A stretch of DNA of 64,000 bases from Alphaproteobacteria bacterium (GTDB lineage Bacteria; Pseudomonadota; Alphaproteobacteria; Micavibrionales; UBA2020): contig JBKBWZ010000003.1 in NCBI GenBank assembly GCA_046314385.1, positions 26,306-90,305 on the forward strand, read 5' to 3'. Under the pieces are notes generated by a model, which worked only from the letters and a program-made list of their open reading frames with translations, made no database searches and was not told the DNA's origin. The translations under genes were made by a program, and so were the position numbers. Within the stretch, counting starts at the first letter, position 1; the number at the start of each line of letters is the position of its first letter. Shown in pieces: positions 18,264 through 29,874 of the stretch.

Positions 18264-18292
18264 CGAAACGGGCGGCAAAAACGGCGGATAAC

Positions 18293-21214
<2,922 letters not shown>

Positions 21215-21245
21215 GTAAAAAGCCGGGCAAGAAAATCGAAGAAAC

Positions 21246-21276
21246 AAAAACCGCCGGTTCAAGCCGGCGGTTTTTT
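21246..21276. terminator. Bidirectional intrinsic terminator
   Basis: AAAAACCGCCGG-TTCAAG-CCGGCGGTTTTTT between convergent genes. Confidence 0.85.
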
Positions 21277-21281
21277 AATGC

Positions 21282-21995
21282 CTAGAAATCAGGCCCGCCG
21301 CTGCGTCTGCCCGGCGGCGGGGGCGGTGTATTGTCGGGGTCGCGGCGGCGCGTCCAGTCGCGCAGATCAAGCGTGTCATCGCCTTGCATTTTGGCCAGAT
21401 TATAAAGCTCCATAAACTTCGGGCGCGGCATATCAAACTGGACGTCTTTGCCGCCAAACGGGCTTTGGCCGTAAACCAGCCTGAACTTGGTGAAGGGGCC
21501 GTTTTTGCCGTTCGCGTCGCCATCGACGCTCTTCCAGTCGATGTCTTCTTCGTCGATCACGCACATCTGAAAGTTTTGCTGCTGGGGCTGGCGTGCAAAG
21601 AAGGCGATGCGCAGCGGCACATCTTCAAGGCTGGTCTTTGCCGGCTGCGGTGCGGCGGCGGTGAAATCGCGGCCGAGATCGGGGAAGACTGCTTTTGCGG
21701 CAACACCACCGGTTTTTTCGCGCAAGTCCAGAACCGGCGATGCGTGCTGGTCCGCAAAGTAAATAGCGCGCTCCAGTTCTTCATACGGCATGCGCACAGC
21801 AATTTTCGCACCGGTTTTGAGAACAATACCCGAAATATCATCCCCCAGATCAACCAGATAATCGACACGTTCGCGCATAAAACTGGCCGCCGCATAGGTC
21901 TGTCTGTCATCACGCAGGACATTTGCGCGGATCAGCAGGTCTTCTGCGGCACGCGTGATGTTTTTGCTGAATTTTTTGGACGGCTGGTCGGTCAT
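21282..21995 (-). CDS. Hypothetical duplicated-domain protein, tandem paralog 3
   Basis: Shares motifs with the two upstream ORFs; ATGA/ATAA-type start-stop overlap. Confidence 0.8.
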   Translation of the reverse strand: MTDQPSKKFSKNITRAAEDLLIRANVLRDDRQTYAAASFMRERVDYLVDLGDDISGIVLKTGAKIAVRMPYEELERAIYFADQHASPVLDLREKTGGVAAKAVFPDLGRDFTAAAPQPAKTSLEDVPLRIAFFARQPQQQNFQMCVIDEEDIDWKSVDGDANGKNGPFTKFRLVYGQSPFGGKDVQFDMPRPKFMELYNLAKMQGDDTLDLRDWTRRRDPDNTPPPPPGRRSGGPDF

Positions 21996-22669
21996 AATTC
22001 AAACCCCTTGGCATCCCGCGCGCGCGTGCTTTCGGTCAGATCGAGCGTTGAGCGCCCGCTCTTTTTTGCAGCTTCGAGATGCCACATAAAAGTGGTCATC
22101 GGCATCTGAATGTAGAAATCTTTGAAACCCGTTGCGGCATTTTCTTTTTTCAGGTTGATAAATGTTTCAGCCGCCGGCCGGTTGGCATGCGGTTCGAAAT
22201 AGGCCATGTCGGATGTATTGAACCGCACCATGTGAAATTTGCGGTCGTTTTGTTCTTTGTGCACAAAAACCGCGACATCAACACCCGTTTCATCCTTGGC
22301 CGATATATCCGTTTCCGCCAAGGGGTTGAACTTGCGGCTCAGCGTGACTCTGCGCGCCGCTGCGGCGGCTTCGCCTGTAACCGCCATAAGGTCGATATCA
22401 CCGCTGTTTTTGTAGTCATCATCAAAAACCATCGCGCGCAAGGTCGCCATCGGCAAGGCGGCGGGTATCGTCACGCCATCATCCAGACGCAGCGCCGAGA
22501 TATTTTCATCAAGCCCGACAATCATATCAACGCGCGCGGCCCTGAAAACCACAGGCGCAAAGCCGCCTTCGTCCGTCGGCACATGTGCCGTGATAAACCT
22601 TTCGCTATCACCGCCGCGCAGGCGTGAAAATTTCTGCGCCAGATGTTTTTCAGGCCGGGGCTGGCTCAT
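21992..22669 (-). CDS. Hypothetical duplicated-domain protein, tandem paralog 2
   Basis: RVDMIVGLDENISALRLDDG aligns with RVDYLVDLGDDISGIVLKTG; overlaps both neighbours by 4 nt. Confidence 0.8.
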   Translation of the reverse strand: MSQPRPEKHLAQKFSRLRGGDSERFITAHVPTDEGGFAPVVFRAARVDMIVGLDENISALRLDDGVTIPAALPMATLRAMVFDDDYKNSGDIDLMAVTGEAAAAARRVTLSRKFNPLAETDISAKDETGVDVAVFVHKEQNDRKFHMVRFNTSDMAYFEPHANRPAAETFINLKKENAATGFKDFYIQMPMTTFMWHLEAAKKSGRSTLDLTESTRARDAKGFEL

Positions 22670-23361
22670 GGTGATTTCTGCTCATGCCTGCGGCGCGCTT
22701 CGGCGGGGGACATATCTTTGAATTTGCGCATCGAATATTCAGACAGGTCGACAGTATCCTCGCCTTTGGCCACCGCCTCGGCGCAAAGACGGCGGAATTC
22801 TTCCAGTTTACCTTCGATGATCACTTCGCTTTTTCCAAAAGGCGCATCAATACCGGTATAAAAAGTCATATTCACCGTCGGCCCGCCGTGGATGCTGCTG
22901 CCTTCTTTGATATCAGACAGGCGAATATCTTTGCCCGCGAAGGTAAAGGGAACAAATTTACTGCTCTGTGATGCGCGCACGAAGGCCTTGACTGTCACGG
23001 CGGCGATCGCAGGTTCTTTTTGCAGTTCCTGTGCACGGCGAAATTCTTCTTTGAGTTTTTTGACAAGCGCGTCTTTGCCTTCGGTCATCGTTACCGTGCT
23101 GAAGTCGACGCGGCCGCGATCCGGCTCGTCAAGCTTTTGCATGGTGGCGGCATAGGAAAGGGCAATCAAAAATTCCTGCCCGTCCTGCATTTTTATTACC
23201 GTATGCGCGGGGCCAAATTCACGCAGGCTTTTGATGTCGTGTGCGCGAAAGGCATAGATGTCTTTATCCGACATGCCCTCGTACCCGGGCACCAGTACTT
23301 GCACCCAAGGGTCGTCGCTATGCGCAAAAAGATTCTTTTTGAAGGCCGCCGCGCTCTTCAT
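22666..23361 (-). CDS. Hypothetical duplicated-domain protein, tandem paralog 1
   Basis: AFVRxxQ...F and A..KGEDTVDL motifs shared with paralogs. Confidence 0.8.
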   Translation of the reverse strand: MKSAAAFKKNLFAHSDDPWVQVLVPGYEGMSDKDIYAFRAHDIKSLREFGPAHTVIKMQDGQEFLIALSYAATMQKLDEPDRGRVDFSTVTMTEGKDALVKKLKEEFRRAQELQKEPAIAAVTVKAFVRASQSSKFVPFTFAGKDIRLSDIKEGSSIHGGPTVNMTFYTGIDAPFGKSEVIIEGKLEEFRRLCAEAVAKGEDTVDLSEYSMRKFKDMSPAEARRRHEQKSP

Positions 23362-23453
23362 GTTTCGCCTTTCATTGGAGAGGCATAATCTAGCAAGCGA
23401 TAATTATTATGTCAAGCTTCGCGGGATTCAAATACATATTATATATCAATACT

Positions 23454-24365
23454 TTAATCAATGTCCGCCCAGCGCTTATGCAGCCAGAGCCATTGCGACG
23501 GGCGGGCGCGAATCCAGTCTTCCAGCTGCGCGTTGATCTGGGTAAGGATGCGCAGGACATCCGCATCGCGGTCCCCGTCCCCGTCGATCCGGAGCGGCGG
23601 CGCGATATGTACGCGAAAACGCGCCGCGGGCAGACGCTCGATCCTGATCGGCAGCAGCGGACATTTGAATTTTAGCGCGAACTGCGCTGCCGCCGTCGCC
23701 GTCAATGCAGGCTGCCCAAAAAACGGCACGGCGATGCCTTCGGTCAGTTTCTGGTCCATTAGAATACCCAGCGTCTCGCCCGCCCGCAGCCGCGTGAACA
23801 TTTCACGCGCGCCCTTGTCGCCTTTGGTGATATGCCCGATATCCTGACCGCCGCGCGCATGACGCAGCAAGCCATCGATCCACGGGTTGTTTGGTTTACG
23901 GTAGACAACATTGACCTTGATGCCCCGCTGCTGCGCGACAATTCCGCCGACTTCCCAGTTACCGATATGACCGCCGATAAAAATGCCGCCCGCACCGCCG
24001 CGCACAAGATCAAAATGTTCAGCGCCCACAATCTCGACCCTTTCGGATGCGATGCGGCGCAGATGCGGGTATTCGGCAATCACACGGCCAAGGTTATCCC
24101 ACATGCCGCGCAGAATGTCGGCATGTTCCTGCGGCGATTTTTCGGGCAGGGCATAGGCCAGATTACGCAGCGCTGTGCGCGATGCACCCATGCGCGGCCC
24201 GATACGTGACAAAATCCAGCCGCCGGTATTCGACGCCGCCACCACCGGCAGCAACCGGAAAAAACCATATATGATGTAAACCGCAATTGTTTCCAGCGCA
24301 TAGCGAAACGCGCGCAAGGCTCTCCTCCCCCGCGGCGCAAGGGCGCGTCTTCGACGGGCGTTCAT
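23454..24365 (-). CDS. lpxL: Lipid A biosynthesis acyltransferase (LpxL/HtrB family)
   Basis: GHIGNWE, YRKPNNP, LMDQK and QWLWLHKRW motifs; in waaA-lpxK operon. Confidence 0.9.
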   Translation of the reverse strand: MNARRRRALAPRGRRALRAFRYALETIAVYIIYGFFRLLPVVAASNTGGWILSRIGPRMGASRTALRNLAYALPEKSPQEHADILRGMWDNLGRVIAEYPHLRRIASERVEIVGAEHFDLVRGGAGGIFIGGHIGNWEVGGIVAQQRGIKVNVVYRKPNNPWIDGLLRHARGGQDIGHITKGDKGAREMFTRLRAGETLGILMDQKLTEGIAVPFFGQPALTATAAAQFALKFKCPLLPIRIERLPAARFRVHIAPPLRIDGDGDRDADVLRILTQINAQLEDWIRARPSQWLWLHKRWADID

Positions 24366-25384
24366 AGCAGCGCGCCGTGCACCACGGCAACGGCATCATC
24401 AATCAGATCGCAAAGCTGCGCCGGATCATCCCATTCAACATGCACGGCAAAAACCTGCACGCGCGGTTTGACCGTTTCCGGCAGGCGGACATAGTCCTTG
24501 GCCGTTGTGACCACCAGCGCGCCCGCCTTGTCGGCAGCGGTCAGCAATTCGCCCAAATCCTCTTCGCTATAGGCGCAGTGGTCGGGGTAGCTGCCCCATC
24601 CTTCAATGACCGCACCGGCGGCGGCAAGGCTGTCTTTGAACTTCTCCGGACGGCCGATACCTGCAAATGCGAAAACTTTTTTGCCGAACAAATCCGGATT
24701 ATCCGCATCCGGCACAATCCGCGCAGCAAGAACGGGGGCATCTGTATGTTGCCGCACGGTCTCCAGCACGCCTGATTTATCTTCGCCCAGAATCACCACC
24801 GCATGCGCGCGGGACAAGCCGAAGGCCAGCGGTTCGCGCAAGGGGCCGGCCGGCAGCAGCCGTCCGTTGCCAAAGCCCGCGGCACCGTCGATGACAAGCA
24901 GCGAAAAATCTTTATAGATCGAAGGGTTCTGATAGCCGTCATCCATGACGATAATATTCGCACCGGTATCAATCGCAGCCTGCGCGCCCAGCGGACGGCT
25001 GCGCGACACCCATGTCGGCGCCTTGGTGACCAGCAGCAGGGCTTCGTCGCCGACATCGTCTGCGGTGTCGCGGCCAGGGCTGACCTGTATCGGCCCCGCT
25101 TCGCTGCCGCCATAGCCCCGCGTCAGCAGATGCGGGTTATATCCGCGGTCTTTGAGAAGATCGACCAGTGATAAAACCACCGGCGTTTTACCGGCGCCGC
25201 CCGCAACCGGATTACCCACACAAATAACAGGCCGCGCCAAAGGCACCGGATAATAAAGATCAAAGCGATGGCGCACGGCAAAGCCGTAAAGCCATGACAG
25301 CGGCGACAGCGCCGCCGCTTTTTGAACGGCAAAGGGGGCGGCGGCGTTATACCAGAAGGCCGGTGTTTTCCATTTACCGATCAT
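24362..25384 (-). CDS. lpxK: Tetraacyldisaccharide 4'-kinase
   Basis: VGNPVAGGAGKTP, RGYGG, GDEALLL, MDDGYQ and GPLRE motifs. Confidence 0.97.
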   Translation of the reverse strand: MIGKWKTPAFWYNAAAPFAVQKAAALSPLSWLYGFAVRHRFDLYYPVPLARPVICVGNPVAGGAGKTPVVLSLVDLLKDRGYNPHLLTRGYGGSEAGPIQVSPGRDTADDVGDEALLLVTKAPTWVSRSRPLGAQAAIDTGANIIVMDDGYQNPSIYKDFSLLVIDGAAGFGNGRLLPAGPLREPLAFGLSRAHAVVILGEDKSGVLETVRQHTDAPVLAARIVPDADNPDLFGKKVFAFAGIGRPEKFKDSLAAAGAVIEGWGSYPDHCAYSEEDLGELLTAADKAGALVVTTAKDYVRLPETVKPRVQVFAVHVEWDDPAQLCDLIDDAVAVVHGALL

Positions 25385-26682
25385 CGCACGCCTCGCTGCG
25401 CCGTCTCTGCGCGTGTCAGGGCATTTTGCAAAACAGGCGCGATGTCGGCCATGATACCGTCAAGCACCGTCGATTTTTCTGTGGTCATCGCCGCCGCCCG
25501 TGTGCCGTAAGCCTGCCATTCCTGCGGCGAACGCAGCGCAGCGGCCGTTTTTTCCGCGAGTTCTTTTTCGCTTCCGACCTCGACCAGCGCTTGCGCCGTG
25601 CGGAAATCATCCAGCACCGTCAAAAAATTATAACCGACCGGCCCCCAGAAAATGGTGCAGCCGGCCTGCGCCGGCTCAATCGGATTGTGCCCGCCGATAT
25701 CGGCAAAGGTGCCGCCCATCACGACAAACGGGCAAAGCCTGTAAAAAAGCCCTAGCTCGCCCATTGTATCGGCCAGATAGATCCCGCCTGCAGGCGGGAT
25801 ATCCTCGCCGCTGCTGCGCTGGGCCACGGCCAGACCCCGCGCTGCGGCATCGGCCATGATTTCTGCGGCGCGCGCAGGATGGCGAGGCACAATGACTGTC
25901 AGCAGATCCGGCTGGGCCGCGCGGAGGGTTTGATGCAGTGTAAAGGCCTGCCCCTCTTCGCCTGCATGGGTGCTGGCCCACAAAAGGGCTGGACGCGCTG
26001 CGCGGCGGGTCTGCATTTCCGCGAGTGCGGCAGCATCATGCGGCAGCGGCGCGGCGGCATATTTCAAATTGGCCGAAACGCGAACATCGCCGCCGCCAAG
26101 GGCGCGAAGTCTTTCGGCCTCTGCCGCATTCTGCGCAAGGCAGAGGGTAAAAGCACCCAGCACCTGCGCAATGGCACCGCGCGCATAGCGCCAGCGTTTG
26201 AAAGAATCGCGGGACATCCGCGCATTCAGCAGCACGGCCGGAATACCGCGCGCGCGCACGGCAGAAAGCATATTCGGCCATAGCTCCGATTCCGCCCAGA
26301 AAACTGCATCTGGCCGCCAATGATCCAGAAACCCCGCCACCCAGCCCGGATGGTCAACCGGAAGATATTGATGAAAAGCCCCTTCAGGCAAACGCTGGCT
26401 CATCAGCGCGGCGGAGGTCACGGTGCCCGTTGTCACCATGACAGCTGCCTGCGGATAGTCGCGCCGCACATGCGCAACAAGCGCCAGCAGCGACAGCGAT
26501 TCGCCCACACTGGCCGCATGAAACCAGACCAGCGGCGCCGCAGGGCGCGGCCGCTGCGGCCGGCCACGGCGTTCATGCGCGCGGGCCGGGTCTTCCTTGC
26601 CCGCGCGGGTGCGTTTTTGCAAATACACCTCCAGCAGCGGGGCGGAGGCCTGCATCGCGATTTTGTAGAGGCCGAGCAACAT
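25381..26682 (-). CDS. waaA: 3-deoxy-D-manno-octulosonic acid transferase
   Basis: WFHAASVGE, ESELWPN, ASTHAGEE, VPRHP and GGHNPIEPA motifs; start at ATG 26682. Confidence 0.96.
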   Translation of the reverse strand: MLLGLYKIAMQASAPLLEVYLQKRTRAGKEDPARAHERRGRPQRPRPAAPLVWFHAASVGESLSLLALVAHVRRDYPQAAVMVTTGTVTSAALMSQRLPEGAFHQYLPVDHPGWVAGFLDHWRPDAVFWAESELWPNMLSAVRARGIPAVLLNARMSRDSFKRWRYARGAIAQVLGAFTLCLAQNAAEAERLRALGGGDVRVSANLKYAAAPLPHDAAALAEMQTRRAARPALLWASTHAGEEGQAFTLHQTLRAAQPDLLTVIVPRHPARAAEIMADAAARGLAVAQRSSGEDIPPAGGIYLADTMGELGLFYRLCPFVVMGGTFADIGGHNPIEPAQAGCTIFWGPVGYNFLTVLDDFRTAQALVEVGSEKELAEKTAAALRSPQEWQAYGTRAAAMTTEKSTVLDGIMADIAPVLQNALTRAETAQRGVR

Positions 26683-26859
26683 TGCGCCTTTCGGTTTTCC
26701 TTTTGAGCGTTTTTGCACCGCGCGCGCAAGGCGGCGGCATAGGGGCTGAATATGCCACAAGATTGGGTGTTTTGGCCATAAAAGCAAGCTTTTCTTGCGC
26801 CCGCCCTGCTGCGGGACATACAATAAAAAGATGCGCAATATTACAAGGAACAGCTGCCC

Positions 26860-27129
26860 GTGACGCCCCCTGAAAATAGCCGCGAGGCCGCGCTGGCCCG
26901 GTTGAAACAGCTGATCGAAGAGCAGCGCGCAAGACTTGACCCCCGCGTGCTCAAACTGGCCGCACAGGCCGCAGCCCTGTCGCAACAGCCTCACGGCGGA
27001 CAAGAAAGCATGGTGCCCTATGACCGCGACGCCGCGGCGCAGGCTGTCAGACTATTCCTGCAAAACCATCCGGATGCGGAAGCTTTTGAAAAAGAGCTAT
27101 TGACGCTGCTGAAGCCCAAAACACACTAG
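26860..27129 (+). CDS. Small hypothetical protein
   Basis: GTG start, helical 89-aa ORF with normal codon bias, divergent from waaA. Confidence 0.6.
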   Translation: MTPPENSREAALARLKQLIEEQRARLDPRVLKLAAQAAALSQQPHGGQESMVPYDRDAAAQAVRLFLQNHPDAEAFEKELLTLLKPKTH

Positions 27130-27194
27130 ATGTCGCGGCTGCTGGATTTACAACATCATTGATCCGCCCCATCCGCAGGGCAACATTCAGGCAC

Positions 27195-27231
27195 AAAAAA
27201 ACCGGCTCTGAAAAGAGAGCCGGTTTTTTTT
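27195..27231. terminator. Bidirectional intrinsic terminator
   Basis: AAAAAAACCGGCTCT-GAAAAG-AGAGCCGGTTTTTTTT. Confidence 0.85.
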
Positions 27232-27248
27232 GGAGAGTTTTTTAAAAT

Positions 27249-28352
27249 CTACATCTGACTGATAACATCATCGACAGTGGCCGTGACCGGAATAATCGGC
27301 GGTATTTGCCAGCTGGGCAAGCTGCCCGGGCCGCTCAGCGCGCCTGTCAGGTCATTCAGTGCATTTGTAATGATTGTGGAGTTGGTCGCATTCATCAATT
27401 CTTGCATCAAATGTGTACCGGGCGTACCGAAGGTATTCGGGATTGCACCGGTCAACATCTGGAACATCGTGAAATAAGGTGTGCCGCGTTCAACCGCACC
27501 GCCCATCAGACTGCGCCAGTCGGGGAAGATACCGAGGTCAGGCATATTGCCGTTACCCCAAAGCTTGGCGATGCGGGAACACTCACCATCAGGAGTCATT
27601 GCCGCCAGCAATCCGTGAATAGCGCTGCTGATCATACTGACGATTGAGTTGACGAGGCTATTGATAAAGGTGGTAATCGCCGCCATTGCACCACTGATAA
27701 AAGTATTTATCGCAGGCCAGATCACGCCATTAATTGTACCTACTGTGACCAAAACAATGTTTGGCATTGCAAGTCCAAGAAGGTTTAGCAATGTCTGTAG
27801 CTGTTCATAAGCCTCATTTATATCATCAACCAATGGCCCCAACTGCCCAATAACCTGGCCCGATATATCATTAAGCAAGTTTTGAATTGGCGCCATCATC
27901 GCCGTCAAATATCCTGCAACTGTCGCGCCGAGGGCATGAGATAACGAGTCGGTAAAGTTACTTACGTGCCCCTGCATCGTCGGGGACACGACAGCTTCCA
28001 ACCCGCGAATAAGCTTGGTTGACGCCCCGTAATCGGGGAAAGAAACATTACCAAAAAGATTTGTATTGCCCGCTGGCATAGCAAATCCGGGGGACACATC
28101 CGAAAAAATGCCTCCCAACTTCGCCGTTAACATCAGGGCGCGGTCAAAACAGGTCATACCAACAGAGTTGTCATTCTGCTTAATAACCTGACGGGAGTGC
28201 ATTTTACTTTCAAGGCGTTTTGCCTCAGCTGCATTCTGCATTATTGGCAAGACATTATTACAGTCGCAGCCTGGCTGACAAGCATAGGCAGATGTAACTG
28301 AAAGTGAAAAAATCAGTGCGAAAAAAACTGTTAAAAACCAGAACTGCCTCAT
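27249..28352 (-). CDS. Secreted hypothetical protein, 'MTCF' family member 2
   Basis: Signal peptide ending AYA; NDNSVGMTCFD motif; colinear with 3642-4754; AT-richer DNA. Confidence 0.85.
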   Translation of the reverse strand: MRQFWFLTVFFALIFSLSVTSAYACQPGCDCNNVLPIMQNAAEAKRLESKMHSRQVIKQNDNSVGMTCFDRALMLTAKLGGIFSDVSPGFAMPAGNTNLFGNVSFPDYGASTKLIRGLEAVVSPTMQGHVSNFTDSLSHALGATVAGYLTAMMAPIQNLLNDISGQVIGQLGPLVDDINEAYEQLQTLLNLLGLAMPNIVLVTVGTINGVIWPAINTFISGAMAAITTFINSLVNSIVSMISSAIHGLLAAMTPDGECSRIAKLWGNGNMPDLGIFPDWRSLMGGAVERGTPYFTMFQMLTGAIPNTFGTPGTHLMQELMNATNSTIITNALNDLTGALSGPGSLPSWQIPPIIPVTATVDDVISQM

Positions 28353-28403
28353 ACCTTCGCCCCTCGCACCCAAAATGTCATAGCAGAAACTGCGGTGCGT
28401 CTT

Positions 28404-29114
28404 TTATGGACAAGCACCAGCAACACCCGCTGTCTCCAGCACCTGACAGAATGTCATATTGCTATTGAAGATAGGAATAGCAGCAACAGGCAATGCCGCG
28501 ATGGCATCATTCAATTGATCAAAAATGCCGTCTGAATTGGCCGTATCCCAGTTAGCCGTAAAACGTGCGCCGGAACCGCCCGGAATCGCGCCCGCGATAA
28601 GTTGCGCCATCGTCAAAAAGGGTACGCCACCCGCGACGCCTTTTTCTTTGATGCGCTCCCATAGATTTTCGATGCCGGGGCAATCTGCATCATTTTGCAA
28701 GTTGGTCGCGGCGTAATCGACAACACCAGGAGTATCAAAACCCTCCGCATCGGCAAACTGGCCAAAGAAGGCTGCAAGCGCATCTGTAATCACTGAAGCA
28801 AAATTCACGTTCCCCATGAAGCTGCCGGAGAAGAGATTACCGCCACGCTCTGCAGAAACGCCGGCTGCTTTGCCGAAACATGTCATCGCAAGTACGCTAT
28901 CGGGTTTGACCACAATCTGCTCTGTCACAGCAACGTCATAAGCCACTCTGGCTTGCGCTTTTTTCTGCATGGCATCGAGAACGGCAGGATTGCATCCCTC
29001 AATCACCTGCGCATGGGCGGCGGCGCTGATAAACAGGGCGCAAGCCATTGACATGCATGAAAAAACTATCTTTTTAACAGAAAAACTGGCGGTGACGGCG
29101 ACGGTCTTGTTCAT
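28404..29114 (-). CDS. Secreted hypothetical protein, 'MTCF' family member 3 (short form)
   Basis: Signal peptide ending AHA; GCNP...KPDSVLAMTCF; CxxIxxLW...GVPFLTMAQL. Confidence 0.85.
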   Translation of the reverse strand: MNKTVAVTASFSVKKIVFSCMSMACALFISAAAHAQVIEGCNPAVLDAMQKKAQARVAYDVAVTEQIVVKPDSVLAMTCFGKAAGVSAERGGNLFSGSFMGNVNFASVITDALAAFFGQFADAEGFDTPGVVDYAATNLQNDADCPGIENLWERIKEKGVAGGVPFLTMAQLIAGAIPGGSGARFTANWDTANSDGIFDQLNDAIAALPVAAIPIFNSNMTFCQVLETAGVAGACP

Positions 29115-29244
29115 GGCGATACCCTAACGTTCATATGAATGACGCATATATCTTTAATTTTAGCAAAATTCTCGGCATATGTCTGCATCAAAGTAGTATA
29201 ATGGTTATTAAGTATATTGAATAAAAAGGAAATTCAGTCGTCTC

Positions 29245-29814
29245 ATGCGTATCGTCGGTGGCCAATTTCGTGCAAAGACTCTGGCGAGTCCCTCGGGACT
29301 CTCGACACGCCCGACCAGCGATAGGGCCAGACAAGCTGTTTTCAATATTCTTGAACATGCCAGCTGGCGCCCTTTTATATTACCAGAAAACGCTGCTGTA
29401 CTGGATGTTTTTGCAGGAACCGGCGCTTTGGGGCTCGAATCCCTCTCCCGCGGCGCGGCCGAAGCTGTGTTTATGGAGCAATCGCCCGAGGCGCTGAAGG
29501 TCCTGCGCCAGAACATCGATTCGATGAAGATCGGCGCAAAGACGCAAGTCCTGCGCGCCGATGCCCTGCATCCGCCGTCCCGCCCCGCAGGGATTGCACC
29601 GCGCAATCTGGTTTTCCTTGACCCACCCTATGGCAAGAATATGGGCTATGCAGCCCTGAACGCGCTGGCCGCCAAAGACTGGCTGGCCGCACAGGCGGTC
29701 TGCGTGATGGAAATGAGCCGCAAACAGCCCGAGCCGCTGCCGGACGGATTCACGCTGGCCGACACACGGCATTACGGCGTGGCCGAAGTGCGGTTTTTAC
29801 TGCGCGGCACTTGA
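29245..29814 (+). CDS. rsmD: 16S rRNA m2G966 methyltransferase
   Basis: MRIVGG, TRPTSDRAR, LDVFAGTGALGLESLSRGA and FLDPPY motifs. Confidence 0.96.
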   Translation: MRIVGGQFRAKTLASPSGLSTRPTSDRARQAVFNILEHASWRPFILPENAAVLDVFAGTGALGLESLSRGAAEAVFMEQSPEALKVLRQNIDSMKIGAKTQVLRADALHPPSRPAGIAPRNLVFLDPPYGKNMGYAALNALAAKDWLAAQAVCVMEMSRKQPEPLPDGFTLADTRHYGVAEVRFLLRGT

Positions 29815-29816
29815 AC

Positions 29817-29851
29817 AAAAAAAACGGGCAAAAAAATCTGCCCGTTTTTTT
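29817..29851. terminator. Bidirectional intrinsic terminator
   Basis: AAAAAAAACGGGCA...TGCCCGTTTTTTT. Confidence 0.8.
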
Positions 29852-29874
29852 GTATCTATGCGTTTGCTGCGGAT

